Of a DNA stretch of 64,000 bases, positions 53,122-63,231 are shown one piece after another. The stretch covers positions 94,009-158,008 of the forward strand of contig JADJMO010000007.1 in the NCBI GenBank assembly GCA_016709545.1, in the 5' to 3' direction. This DNA is from Myxococcales bacterium (lineage in GTDB: Bacteria; Myxococcota_A; Polyangia; Polyangiales; JADJMO01). How positions within the stretch are numbered: the stretch's first letter is position 1; every line of letters starts with the position of its first letter. Position numbers and translations under genes: made by a program. Under the pieces are notes generated by a model. It saw nothing but the letters and a program-made list of their open reading frames with translations. It was not told the origin of the DNA and did no database searches.

Positions 53122-54438
53122 ATGTCTTGCTCTCGGCTCGGTCTCGCTGTTCCCCTTCTCGTGTTCCTGGCCGCCGGGTGGGGAGGCTGCGGCGGCGGTG
53201 ACATCGAGGGCGAGCCGCTCGCCGCCGACACCGGGACGATCGATACCGGAGCCAGCGAGGCTGCGACCGACGGCGGTGGCGACGAAGGGCTGAAGATCGA
53301 CGGCGAGGTCAGCGTCGACGAGGACGGCGACGGGATCCTCGACTCCGTGGAGGGACGGTTCGATCCGGGCGGCCCGCGCGACACCGACAAGGACGGGGTC
53401 CCGGACTACAAGGACCGCGACAGCGACGACGACGGGCTCGACGACAAGATCGAGGGCGTCGAGGACTGGGACAAGGACGGCATTCCCAACTACATCGACC
53501 CGAAGAACGACGGGGCGCCTCCGACGCTGCACTTCACCGCGATCTCGACCGCGTTCAACAGCCCGATCGGCATCGATTTCCACGAGCCCACCAAGACGGT
53601 GGTCATGTCGGTGAACTACGCGACCGGCGGCATCCCCTACAACTTCGAGCGCATCGACGAGAAGGGCGAGCACGCGCCGTTGTCCACGTTCAGCGGCATG
53701 ACCGACGAGGTGAAGATCGCCACCGTGCGCTCCGGCAACGTCGGTGGCTTCGTCACCGGACAGCTCTTCACCGGCAACGGCAAGGACGGCGAGATCGTGC
53801 GGATCTCGGCCGACGGCGCCACCATCGACAACCCCTGGGTCACCTTGCCCGGGGGCGGCAACGGCCTCATGCGCGGCTCGCTCTACGTCGACCGCACCGG
53901 CGTGTTCGGCGGCGACCTCATCGTGGTCACCACGGTGGGCAAGGTGTGGCGGGTGACCTCGGCCGGCGTGCCGACCAAGATCGCCGAGGTTCCGACCCAC
54001 CTCGAGGGCATGATCGTCGTGCCGAACGCGCCCACGCGGTTCGGCCCGCTGGCGGGGCAGATCATCGCCGGCGCCGAGGAGGTCGGGTTGCTGTACGCCA
54101 TCTCCAAGGAGGGCAAGGTCACCTCCTATTCGGTCGGCGTGACCATCGAGGACATCGATCTCATCGCCCCCAACGAGAACTTCTTCGGCTCGAACTACGG
54201 CACGAGCCGCCTCCTCGGCGTGCCCTACACCGAGCTGCTCCCGATGGCCGGGGACATCCTGCTCGCGCAGGAGAGCGTGGCCGCCGGCACCACCGGCCTC
54301 TTCCGCCTGCAGTGGACCGGGACCGCGCTCGCCGCCGTGCCCATCGTCGCCGACGCCACCTCGGCGCCGATCGGTCAGTGGGAGCACGTCACCACGGCGG
54401 GCGCCGGCATCAAGGAGATCGCCTCGCCGATCAAGTGA
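53122..54438 (+). CDS. lipoprotein with thrombospondin-type-3-like Ca-binding repeats and beta-propeller-like domain
   Basis: WGGC lipobox-like. DEDGDGILD, DTDKDGVPD, DSDDDGLDD, DWDKDGIPN. Confidence 0.7.
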   Translation: MSCSRLGLAVPLLVFLAAGWGGCGGGDIEGEPLAADTGTIDTGASEAATDGGGDEGLKIDGEVSVDEDGDGILDSVEGRFDPGGPRDTDKDGVPDYKDRDSDDDGLDDKIEGVEDWDKDGIPNYIDPKNDGAPPTLHFTAISTAFNSPIGIDFHEPTKTVVMSVNYATGGIPYNFERIDEKGEHAPLSTFSGMTDEVKIATVRSGNVGGFVTGQLFTGNGKDGEIVRISADGATIDNPWVTLPGGGNGLMRGSLYVDRTGVFGGDLIVVTTVGKVWRVTSAGVPTKIAEVPTHLEGMIVVPNAPTRFGPLAGQIIAGAEEVGLLYAISKEGKVTSYSVGVTIEDIDLIAPNENFFGSNYGTSRLLGVPYTELLPMAGDILLAQESVAAGTTGLFRLQWTGTALAAVPIVADATSAPIGQWEHVTTAGAGIKEIASPIK

Positions 54439-54467
54439 TCGCGCGCCCCGATCGGCGCCTGCGACCC

Positions 54468-54501
54468 GTGTCGAGTTGACCCAGCTGGGTCGATTCGACA
54501 C
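54468..54501. promoter_or_regulatory. 34-bp near-perfect palindrome (operator or hairpin) upstream of the LuxR regulator
   Basis: GTGTCGAGTTGACCCAGCTGGGTCGATTCGACAC is its own reverse complement except for two pairs. Confidence 0.55.
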
Positions 54502-54562
54502 ACCGGGAGCGCGAAAACACGGAGAAAATTGCGGTCCGGGCCTTGCGAAGGAGGCGTGGACC

Positions 54563-55192
54563 ATGACGTACTCCGAAGTGCACCGTGTCGCGCAGAGACG
54601 GCCCCGCATCCTCGTGCTGGAGGAGGACGTCGCGATCGAGCGCGCCCTCGAGGACGCGGGCTTCCTCACGCTCACGGGGTGCCCGGTCCCGCCGGTGCTC
54701 GTCCGCACGTGCGAGCTCGAGCGGCCCGACCTCTGCTTGCTCGACCTCACCCGCCCGACCGCGCTCGAGCAGCTCGGCTGGTTGCAGGCCGTGCGCATGG
54801 ACCCCCCGGTGGTCGTGATCGCCGAGCACTTCGATCGCAAGCTCCTCGCCACCAGCCTTCGCCTCGCCGGCTACCTCGTGCGTCCGTTCCTCGAGGCGCA
54901 GCTCGTCGCCACCGTCGTCCTCGCGACGTCGGCTTCGGCGATGCGTGACGGCCCGGCGCGCGCCGCGGAGCTCGCCGATCTGAGCCCGCGCGAGCGTCAG
55001 GTGCTCGGGTGTCTCCTCGACCACCGGCGTCCCCCGACGATCGCCCGCGACCTCGGCGTCAGCCCGAACACCGTGCGCAACCACCTGAAGTCGATCTTCT
55101 TCAAGCTCGGCGTGAACTCGCAGCAGGAGCTCCTCGACTACGTGCTGTCGCACGACGCCCGTCCGGAGCCAGCCTTGGCGCGCCAGGCGTAG
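54563..55192 (+). CDS. atypical receiver - LuxR HTH transcriptional regulator
   Basis: AGGAGG RBS. ILVLEED, PDLCLLDL, GYLVRPF. LSPRERQVL...IARDLGVSPNTVRNHLKSIFFKLGVNSQ. Confidence 0.88.
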   Translation: MTYSEVHRVAQRRPRILVLEEDVAIERALEDAGFLTLTGCPVPPVLVRTCELERPDLCLLDLTRPTALEQLGWLQAVRMDPPVVVIAEHFDRKLLATSLRLAGYLVRPFLEAQLVATVVLATSASAMRDGPARAAELADLSPRERQVLGCLLDHRRPPTIARDLGVSPNTVRNHLKSIFFKLGVNSQQELLDYVLSHDARPEPALARQA

Positions 55193-55198
55193 CGCAGC

Positions 55199-56326
55199 TC
55201 AGAGCGCGGAGCAGACGGTGGGGTCGCTCGCGACGGCGGCCTGCACCTGCTTCAGCATCGCGTCGCACTCGGGCCGGATCTCGGCGGCCTTGGTGCGCAG
55301 CGGGCCGTAGTGCCCCTTGCTGCCACCCTGCACGCGGAGCATCACCGCCGCGTACTCGGCCGCGAACGCGGGGCAGGCCTTCTCGATCCGCTGGAAATCG
55401 AGGCCGTCGGTGCCGGTGCCCCAGTTCTTCCAGTCCGCCGCGCTGCAGCTCACGCCTTCGCGGAACGTGTCGAGGAAGCACCCCGCGGAGCTCGCGCGGT
55501 ACTTGGTGAACAGCTTGCTCAGCTCCACGCTGCTCGAGCGCGAGTCGTAGCTGGTCTGCCACGCGCCGGCCTCGGCGCTGTCTGCCGACACGTTGCTCGC
55601 CGACGCGTCGCGCCCGACGCAGTGCTCGCCCGAGCTCTCCCGCATGCCGAGGCCGAGGAGCAGCGTGTAGAGGTGGCGCAACGTGTCGACGCCGGCGGTG
55701 GTGTTCGACATGCCCGCGGCCGCGTAGTTCGACGCGAACCAGGAGAGCGCGTCGTGGACGTCGTCGGTGGTCTTGGCCTTGCTCGCGAGGACGACGTCCG
55801 AACGCGTGGGCTGACACACGGCCTTGGCGAAGGTGAGGGCCACGCCCTTCACGTATCCCTTGGGCGCGAGGCCGCGGTCCTTCCAGGAGTACTTCGCGCA
55901 GGCCGAGGTGGCCGCGAGGTTCTTGATGGTGTCGACGGTGGTGGACCCCGGGGTCGGCGCGGGCGGCGGCGTGGGCGAGCTCACCTTCTCGAAGTAGAGA
56001 CCGTAGGCCCAGCCGGTCACGCCGGCGTGCTTCACGTTGTAGAAGCCGCTCTTCGGCGTCGTGCCGACGACGGTCACCGTGGCGCCGTTCGGGATCACGT
56101 GGAGGATGGTGTTGCTCGTCGACGGGCCGTTGCGGAGGTTGACCGTGGTGGTGGCGCGCAGCACGGCGCCGACGGCCACGCTGCCCACCACGCTCTCCGC
56201 GCCGTAGCCGTCACCACTCTCGTCGGCGCCCTCGAGGTCGATCTGCCCACCGCCCTCGACGGCGCAGCCCGCGAGGAGCGCGGTGGTGGTCAGCGCCAGG
56301 GCGAGCAGCGAGCGGCGGGCGAGCAT
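55199..56326 (-). CDS. lipoprotein with bacterial SH3 (SH3b) domain and uncharacterised C-terminal, possibly lysozyme-like, domain
   Basis: Lipobox LAGC. ATTTVNLRNGPSTSNTILHVIPNGATV...FYNVKHAGVTGWAYGLY is SH3b. C-terminal LGLGMRESSG...AGAWQTSY. Confidence 0.75.
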   Translation of the reverse strand: MLARRSLLALALTTTALLAGCAVEGGGQIDLEGADESGDGYGAESVVGSVAVGAVLRATTTVNLRNGPSTSNTILHVIPNGATVTVVGTTPKSGFYNVKHAGVTGWAYGLYFEKVSSPTPPPAPTPGSTTVDTIKNLAATSACAKYSWKDRGLAPKGYVKGVALTFAKAVCQPTRSDVVLASKAKTTDDVHDALSWFASNYAAAGMSNTTAGVDTLRHLYTLLLGLGMRESSGEHCVGRDASASNVSADSAEAGAWQTSYDSRSSSVELSKLFTKYRASSAGCFLDTFREGVSCSAADWKNWGTGTDGLDFQRIEKACPAFAAEYAAVMLRVQGGSKGHYGPLRTKAAEIRPECDAMLKQVQAAVASDPTVCSAL

Positions 56327-56470
56327 GTGGGCACGTTCAGCAAGCGGTGTGCCCTCCGGAGGCCCACACTCCTGCTCGGAGAACCCGCACCTGCGCACAT
56401 CCGCCCACTGTCACGGGGTGTCCCGCGTCGTCACGTCGGCGAGACACGGCCCTCACCGAGACAGGGCCGC

Positions 56471-57895
56471 TCACTTCACGGGCGGGGGCTTCGGCGGCTC
56501 GCCGTCCTTCTGGATGCACGACGCGAGGTCGAAGAAGAAGAACGCGAACGCCTCCTCGCCCTGCTTGATGGCCGACTTGCAGCCGGCCGGGTAGGTGGCG
56601 TCGATGGTGTCGGAGCCGTTGATGTGCGCGTCGAGGTGGACGGCCTTGCCGCACTGCTCCTCGACCGGCTTGCCCACGGGGGTGTTGATGGTGACGAAGC
56701 GCGGGTTGTTGGTGGTGCCCGCGCCGCCGGAGATGCCGATGGACGAAGCCCAGACCTGCGCCTTGGTCTTGTCGGCGGGCGAGAAGTTGTTGAACACGTA
56801 GTCGCAGGTGACCTTGCCGTAGGTGGTGGTCTTGTCGACGTACGCGAGCCAGTCGGCGAGGGCCTTGCCCTTGGTGAACGTGGTGTCGAGCGTGGCCGGG
56901 TTGGTGCCACCAGGAGCGCCGCCCGGGATCGGCATCACGGCCTTCATCGCCGGATCGGGGCTGCTCTTGTACCAGAGGTACTGGAAGTCGGTCGTGAAGA
57001 TGCGGCCGCCGGCCTTGAGGTACTGGTCGACCGCGGCGAACGACTTCGCGTCCTTGCTGCCCGGGCTGTTCTCGAAGCACTCGCAGCTGAAGACCGCGAT
57101 GTCGTACTCCTTGAGCTTGGCCGGGTTGTCCCACAGCACGCGCGCGTCCTTCATGCCCGCGGGGCCGGTCGCGTAGCCGGCGGCCGGCAGGTAGAAGTGC
57201 ACCGCGGCCGCGCTGCCGTCGACGCCGAACTCGCTCGCGTCGATGCCCACCTTGGGCAGCATGCACGAGAGCTTGTCGCAGCCACCGACGGTGACCGCGA
57301 TCCTGGGCATGTCGCCCTCTTTCTGGTTCTTCGGCAGGCGGGTGAGGTTCTTGTCGGTGAGCTTGTTGTCGACGCACTCGCTGACGTTGATCTTCACCTG
57401 GCGGCGCCACTTGCCGAGCTGGATCACGAGCGGGATGTTGCTGCCGACCGGCACGCCCTTGAGGGTGAAGTTGCCCTTGGAGTCGGTGAGGGCGGTGGTG
57501 ATCGGGTCGCCGCTCGCGAGCGCACCGCACTTGTCGCAGGTGACGCCCTTGGTGAGCGGCAGCGGCGTCAGGTTCGGGACGTAGACGATCACGTTGTAGA
57601 GGGGCAGCGTGCCGTTCGGCGCGTAGACCGTGCCGCTCACCGTGGTGTCGGCGCCGCCACCGCACGCCTTCACCTGACAGCGCAGACCCTCGCAGGGGCC
57701 GGGCGTGCCGTCGGCGGGGACGTCGAACGTGCCGCCGTCGTCACCCGCGTCGCCGATCACGATGCCGCCGTCCTCGCCGCTGTCCGGGTCGGTGGCGCCG
57801 TCGAGCGCGACCTCGTCGCCCTCCTTGCTCGCGGAGCAAGCGGCGACCGAGAGCGCGAGGAGCGAAGCGAGGGGGGCGAGCGAGGTGAAGCGCAT
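56471..57895 (-). CDS. lipoprotein with carboxypeptidase-regulatory-like (prealbumin-fold) domain
   Basis: Lipobox VAAC. TTVSGTVYAPNG..PLYNVIVYVP, TDSKGNFTLKGVPVG, LVIQLGKWRRQ. CATACT 6 nt upstream. Confidence 0.75.
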   Translation of the reverse strand: MRFTSLAPLASLLALSVAACSASKEGDEVALDGATDPDSGEDGGIVIGDAGDDGGTFDVPADGTPGPCEGLRCQVKACGGGADTTVSGTVYAPNGTLPLYNVIVYVPNLTPLPLTKGVTCDKCGALASGDPITTALTDSKGNFTLKGVPVGSNIPLVIQLGKWRRQVKINVSECVDNKLTDKNLTRLPKNQKEGDMPRIAVTVGGCDKLSCMLPKVGIDASEFGVDGSAAAVHFYLPAAGYATGPAGMKDARVLWDNPAKLKEYDIAVFSCECFENSPGSKDAKSFAAVDQYLKAGGRIFTTDFQYLWYKSSPDPAMKAVMPIPGGAPGGTNPATLDTTFTKGKALADWLAYVDKTTTYGKVTCDYVFNNFSPADKTKAQVWASSIGISGGAGTTNNPRFVTINTPVGKPVEEQCGKAVHLDAHINGSDTIDATYPAGCKSAIKQGEEAFAFFFFDLASCIQKDGEPPKPPPVK

Positions 57896-58089
57896 CGGGC
57901 GAGTATGCGCGCTTTCGTCACCTCGGGCCAGGGCGGGGGCGCCCCGACGGCCAGGGCGCCATGGGAGCCAGAGTCTCTGTCTCAGGTCGGCCAGTCGATC
58001 GACCCTGCTCGACCACTGCGAGCTCGGCCGGATCGCCCGTTCGATGGTGCGACTGGGGAGGAAGAGCGGTGAGGCACGATCGCCAGCCT

Positions 58090-58510
58090 GCGCGGGGGGC
58101 GGGGGGGGCGCCGCGGGGGCCGCCCCCCCCCCCCGGGGGGGGGCGGGGCGCCCGAGAAGCGCGGCCGCCGCCGGGGGGGGGGGGGGGGGGGCGGGCGGCG
58201 GGGCCCCCCGCGGGGGGGGGGCGCCGCCCGCCGCCCCCCCCCCCGCCGCCGCCCGCCGCGCGCGGCGGGGGGCGGGGCCGCGGGGGGGGGCGGCAGAAGC
58301 CCCCGCGCCGCGCCCGGGCGGCCGCGCGCGCGGCCCCGCGGGCGCCGCCCCCCGGGCGGGGGGGGGGCGGGGGGGGCGGCCCGGCCGGGCGGGCCGGGGC
58401 CGGGCGGCGGCCCCCCCGCCCGCCCCCCCCCCCCGGCCGCCCGCGCGCGCGGGCGCCCCGGCCGCCCGGGCGGCGCCCGGGGCCCCGGACAACGAGGGGG
58501 GGGGGAGGAA
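58090..58510. other. second low-complexity G/C tract, probable artefact
   Basis: No T and few A over about 400 bp. Runs of up to ~19 G. Confidence 0.75.
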
Positions 58511-58515
58511 AGACC

Positions 58516-58869
58516 ATGGATCTCGAGAAGGCCCTGACCGCGCACGCCGAGTGGAAGATCAAGCTACGCGGCGCCATCCAGAAGAAGGAACGCCTGGACG
58601 AAGCCACAATCGGCTCCGACCGCTGCTGCCCTCTCGGTCAGTGGCTCCACGGGGAGGCCAAGCAGACGTACGCGAGGCTGCCGAGTCACGGCGCGTGTAT
58701 GGCCCGTCACGCCGAGTTCCATCGAGCGGCGGCCGCCATCGCCCACTCCATCAACGGGGGGAAGTACGCCGAGGCCGAGGCGATGCTCGGAAACGGGTCC
58801 GTCTACTCGTCGGCGTCGAACGCCGTCGCCATGGCGATCATGGCGCTCCGCAAGGAAGCCAAGTTGTGA
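58516..58869 (+). CDS. stand-alone chemoreceptor zinc-binding (CZB) domain protein
   Basis: GGAGG RBS. AHAEWK, C.LGQW, HAEFH..A (3His/1Cys CZB motif). Confidence 0.85.
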   Translation: MDLEKALTAHAEWKIKLRGAIQKKERLDEATIGSDRCCPLGQWLHGEAKQTYARLPSHGACMARHAEFHRAAAAIAHSINGGKYAEAEAMLGNGSVYSSASNAVAMAIMALRKEAKL

Positions 58870-58916
58870 GACAACGCGCGGGCCGGCGTGACAGACGTCG
58901 GCCCGCGCTCGTGCGC

Positions 58917-61544
58917 TCAGAACTTGATGGGCGTGGGCGCCGTGCGCGACGTGGTGGTGCCGTCGCCGAGCTGCCCGCCGCCATTGGAGCCCCAGCACAG
59001 CCCGCCGCCATCGGCGAGGACCACGCAGGTCTGGTTCCGGCCGGGCGCGACGAGCGCAACGTTGGCGAGCGAGGCGACGACCTTGGGGGTCGGGCTCTTG
59101 GTCGTCGTGCCGTCGCCGAGCTGGCTCGTGCCGTTGTAGCCCCAGCACGCGATGGTGTTGTCCACGAAGCGCACGCAGTTGTGCTCGTAGCCGCTCGCGA
59201 GCTGCGCGACGTTGGTCAACGTACCCGTGCCCGAGGTGCCGACCACCGTGCTCGGGCTGGTGCGGTCGGTGTAGGTCGTGGCGCCGTCGCCGGCCTGCCC
59301 GTAGAAGTTGTCACCCCAGCACTGGACCGTGCCGTCGGCGAGGCGCGCGCAGGCGTGGTAGTAGCCGAGCGCGATCTCCGCCGCGGTGGTGATGCCGATC
59401 ACCTGCTGGGGCGTGTTCGCCGCGGTGGTGCTCCCGATGCCGAGCTGGCCGTCGCTGTTCTGGCCCCAGCACCAGACGGTGCCATCGGTCTTGCGGGCGC
59501 AGGTGAAGTTGTAGCTCGCCTGCACCTCGACGACGTTGGTCAGTCCGGGCACGGCCGCCGCGGTGGTCCGCTGGGTCGTGGTGCCGTCACCGAGCTGCCC
59601 GTACGTGTTGCCACCCCAGCACCACACCGAGCCGTCGGAGCGGCGTGCGCAGGTGTGGCTCTGACCGGCCGAGATCTGCGTGGCGTCGGTGAGGCCGGTG
59701 ACGTTGACGAAGGCCGTGTAGGAGTTCGTCGTGGTCCCGTTGCCGAGCTGCCCGGACGAGTTGTACCCGATGCACTTCGCGGTGTAGTCCGCCAGCACGT
59801 AGCAGGTGCCGTAGAAGCCGCCCGTGGACACCTGCAGCGCCGAGGTGATGAGGGTGGGGCCGGGCGTGCTGCGGTTGGTCGTGGTGCCGTCGGCGAGCTG
59901 GCCGTTGGAGTTGTAACCCCACGAGCGGTAGCTGCCGTCCGTCATCTTGGCGAGGTTCCAGTCGCTGAGCGGACCGTTCAGGATCGTCGACAGCTTGAGG
60001 CACGTGCCCGCGGTGCACTTGCCGAGCGCGCACACCGTGCCGCAGGTGCCGCAGTTGAGCGGGTTGGTCGTGAGGTCGAGGCAGAGGTCGCCGCAGGCGC
60101 TCGTGCCGCCGCCGCACACGGTCTTGCAGACCCCGGCGACGCAGCCCTTCCCGCCCGTGCACACGTTGCCGCAGCTGCCGCAGTTGGCCGGGTCGACGTT
60201 GGTGTCCTTGCAGAGCGCGCCGCAGACGGCGAGGCCGCCGCACGACACCGTCGAGGGCACGCACGTGCCCGCGGAGCAGGCCTCGCCGGTGCTGCACGAT
60301 GTGCCGCACACGCCGCAGTTGGCCGAGTCGTTCTGCAGGTTCTTGCAGAGCGTGCCGCACTTGGTGAAGCCGCCGCCGCAGGTGAGCGTGCAGGTGGAGT
60401 CCTTGCACACCTCACCCTCGGCGCAGACCTTGCCGCAGAGGCCGCAGTTGGTCGAGTCGACCTTGGTGTCCTTGCAGGCGGTGCCGCAGGTGGCGAGCGA
60501 GCCGCAGCTCGCGGCGCACTTGCCGGCGACGCACACCTGGCCGCTCGCGCACGCGTTGCCGCAGGCGCCGCAGTTGGCCACGTCGAGGCTCGTGTCCTTG
60601 CAGGTGCCGGTGCAGTTGGTGAGCGTGCCGCAGCTCGTCGTGCACTTGCTGTCGGAGCAGACCTCGCCGGTCGCGCAGGCGTTGCCGCAGGCGCCGCAGT
60701 TGGCCTTGTCGTAGCGCCCGTCGCGGCAGACCGCGCCGCAGAGCAGGAGCCCGCCCGCGCACGAGACCGTGCACTTGCCCGCCGTGCACACCTCGCCGGC
60801 GGCGCAGGCGCTCGTGCAGACGCCGCAGTTCTTGTTGTCGCTCGAGAGGTCCTTGCAGACCCCGGAGCACGAGGTGAGCCCGGCCCCGCAGCTCGAGGAG
60901 CACTTGCCGGCCGAGCAGACCTCGGTGGCGCCGCACGTGGTGCCGCACGTGCCGCAGTTCTTCGGGTCGAACTGGGTGTCTCGACACACGCCCGAGCACT
61001 CCGAGAGACCCTCGCCGCAGCTCGCGGCGCACTTGCCGCCGGCGCAGATCTCGCCCGCCTTGCACGCCGTGCCGCACGCGCCGCAGTTGTCGCGGTCGCT
61101 CTTGGTGTTGGCGCAGGAGCGCACGCCCTCGGCGGTGCACTCGGTCAGCCCGCCCCCACACACCGCCTGGCACTTGCCCGCGCTGCAGACCTCGCCCGTC
61201 GCGCACGCGGCGCCGCACTTGCCGCAGTTGCCGCGGTCGGTCTCGAGGGTCACGCAGACGCCGCCGCACTCGAGCTGCGGCGTGGGACACGACACCGAGC
61301 AGCGGCCCGCCGAGCAGACGAGGCCCTTGTCGCAGGCCTTGCCACACGCGCCGCAGTTCGCCTTGTCGTTGAGGACGTCCACACAGCGACCGCCGCAGAG
61401 GCTCTCGCCTCCGGAGCAGCCGCTGTCGGCGCTGGTGTCGGCTCCGGCGTCGACCGCGGGGGCCGGGTCGTCGGTGCTGGAACTGCAGCCGGTGGAGGCG
61501 ATGGCGACGACCAGGGACAGGGCGCAGAAGACGGACGTGCGCAT
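58917..61544 (-). CDS. lipoprotein with 11 Cys-rich D..NCG.CG..C repeats and a 7-bladed RCC1 propeller
   Basis: GAGGAG RBS, lipobox STGC. Repeats counted by eye. Seven CWG.N..GQLG.GT units. Confidence 0.88.
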   Translation of the reverse strand: MRTSVFCALSLVVAIASTGCSSSTDDPAPAVDAGADTSADSGCSGGESLCGGRCVDVLNDKANCGACGKACDKGLVCSAGRCSVSCPTPQLECGGVCVTLETDRGNCGKCGAACATGEVCSAGKCQAVCGGGLTECTAEGVRSCANTKSDRDNCGACGTACKAGEICAGGKCAASCGEGLSECSGVCRDTQFDPKNCGTCGTTCGATEVCSAGKCSSSCGAGLTSCSGVCKDLSSDNKNCGVCTSACAAGEVCTAGKCTVSCAGGLLLCGAVCRDGRYDKANCGACGNACATGEVCSDSKCTTSCGTLTNCTGTCKDTSLDVANCGACGNACASGQVCVAGKCAASCGSLATCGTACKDTKVDSTNCGLCGKVCAEGEVCKDSTCTLTCGGGFTKCGTLCKNLQNDSANCGVCGTSCSTGEACSAGTCVPSTVSCGGLAVCGALCKDTNVDPANCGSCGNVCTGGKGCVAGVCKTVCGGGTSACGDLCLDLTTNPLNCGTCGTVCALGKCTAGTCLKLSTILNGPLSDWNLAKMTDGSYRSWGYNSNGQLADGTTTNRSTPGPTLITSALQVSTGGFYGTCYVLADYTAKCIGYNSSGQLGNGTTTNSYTAFVNVTGLTDATQISAGQSHTCARRSDGSVWCWGGNTYGQLGDGTTTQRTTAAAVPGLTNVVEVQASYNFTCARKTDGTVWCWGQNSDGQLGIGSTTAANTPQQVIGITTAAEIALGYYHACARLADGTVQCWGDNFYGQAGDGATTYTDRTSPSTVVGTSGTGTLTNVAQLASGYEHNCVRFVDNTIACWGYNGTSQLGDGTTTKSPTPKVVASLANVALVAPGRNQTCVVLADGGGLCWGSNGGGQLGDGTTTSRTAPTPIKF

Positions 61545-61591
61545 GGGGGAGCTCCTCGTGGTGCGGAATCGGGAAAGGGACTACGAGGCAG

Positions 61592-63223
61592 CTACGGTCG
61601 GTAGACGGCGCCGTCGGCGTAGTAGGTGCAGCAGGTGTGGCCGTTGGCGCCGCCGAAGAAGAGGGCCTCCTTGCCGGTCCAGACGACGGTGGCGCGCGCG
61701 CGCGCCGTGGGCGCGCCAGTGGGCTCGATCGAGGACCACGTGGCGGTGGCCTGATCCCACACGACGAACCCGGAGGCCGGCGTGTCCGAAGCGGTGCTCG
61801 GGATGCCCGAGAACACGTAGACCTTGCCGGCCGCCTGGAACGCCGCGACGTCGTACCGCTTGCCCGAGGGCGCGAAGAGCGTGTCGGCGTCGGGGATCGC
61901 GGTCCAGCCGACCGACGGCGAGTAGTAGGCGGCGCCGCCCTTGGCGCTGCTCGAGCTCGACGAGGTGCGACCACCGAAGACCCACAGCGTGGAGCCGTCG
62001 GAGATCGACGCCGCGTCGTAGCGCGCGTCGAGCACGGCGCCCGGGTCGGAGAACTTGGTCCAGACCTTGGTCACCGGATCGTAGCGACCGCCGTCGCCGA
62101 GCGCGGTCCCGACGGCGTTGCGGCCGCCGAAGATCACGAGCTCGCCGCCGACCACCTCGAACGCGTGGTCGGTGCGGGCCGCGAGGGGACCGCTCGGGAT
62201 CGTCGTCCAGGCGTCGGTCGCCGGGTCGTACGCGGCGCCGTCGTTGGTGACCGCCGAGCAGTCGCTCGAGGTGCAGCCGCCCCACACCAGCATGGTGCTC
62301 GTCGCCGCCGACCACACGACGGCCGCGTTGTGGCGGCCGCTGAGCGGCGAGGTGGCGATGGTCTTCCACGTGCCCAGGGCCGGGTCGTAGATCGCGCCGT
62401 CCTTGAACTGGGTGACGCCGTCGTAGCCGCTCCAGACGATCATCTTGCTGCCGGTCCAGACGGCCGCGTGCTGGCGACGGCCGGCGAGCGGCGAGGCGGG
62501 GAGCACGGTCCAGGCGTCGGCGCCGAGGTCGTAGGCCGCGCCATCGAGCTTGTAGGTGGGTGAGGAGCCGTAGCCTCCCCACACCAACATCTTGCTGCCT
62601 GTCCACAGCGCCGTGTGCATCGTGCGGCCGGTGATCGTCGGCTTGGCCATCGCGAGCCAGCCCTTGGGCGCGGCGCAGGCCGAGAAGGTGCTCCACTCGC
62701 ACTTGTCACTGCACTTGCGGGTGCGCACCTCGCTCGGGCTCGAGCAGGAGGCCTTGGTGGTCTCGACGTCGTCCGGCGCGCAGGGACCCTCGCCGAGGCA
62801 GACGCCCTCGCTCCAGGTACAGGCGCTGACGTCGCAGGTGTCCGTCTGCTTGCCGCAGTTCCCGCAGTCGGCGGTGCGCTTCTCGCCGATGCTGCACTCG
62901 GCCGAGGCCACCTCGCCCGCGCAGGTGGACCAGTCGGTCCAGGTGTTGCCAGGCAAGCAGAAGCGGTTCTGCGAGCCGCATTTCCCGCACTTGCGGGTGT
63001 CGGTGGCGCCGACCGACGGGCAGCCCTTCCCGCTGTCGACGGCAGCCTCGGGCGCGGTCTCGGTGGCGCTGCCGGTGTCGGCGGCGGCGGAGTCCCGGGT
63101 GTCGGCGGGGGCGTCCACGGCCGAATCGGCCACGGGCGTGATGCTCGGGTCCTCGCTGGTGGTCGCGCAACCGAGCGAGGTTGCGCCAGCGCAAACAATG
63201 GCCGAAATGAGTCGCTTGTTCAT
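61592..63223 (-). CDS. lipoprotein with Cys-rich CG.CG repeats and a Kelch propeller
   Basis: GAGGAG RBS, lipobox SLGC. Seven R..H.A.WTG..M.VWGG-type Kelch units. Confidence 0.85.
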   Translation of the reverse strand: MNKRLISAIVCAGATSLGCATTSEDPSITPVADSAVDAPADTRDSAAADTGSATETAPEAAVDSGKGCPSVGATDTRKCGKCGSQNRFCLPGNTWTDWSTCAGEVASAECSIGEKRTADCGNCGKQTDTCDVSACTWSEGVCLGEGPCAPDDVETTKASCSSPSEVRTRKCSDKCEWSTFSACAAPKGWLAMAKPTITGRTMHTALWTGSKMLVWGGYGSSPTYKLDGAAYDLGADAWTVLPASPLAGRRQHAAVWTGSKMIVWSGYDGVTQFKDGAIYDPALGTWKTIATSPLSGRHNAAVVWSAATSTMLVWGGCTSSDCSAVTNDGAAYDPATDAWTTIPSGPLAARTDHAFEVVGGELVIFGGRNAVGTALGDGGRYDPVTKVWTKFSDPGAVLDARYDAASISDGSTLWVFGGRTSSSSSSAKGGAAYYSPSVGWTAIPDADTLFAPSGKRYDVAAFQAAGKVYVFSGIPSTASDTPASGFVVWDQATATWSSIEPTGAPTARARATVVWTGKEALFFGGANGHTCCTYYADGAVYRP

Positions 63224-63231
63224 GGCTCTCC

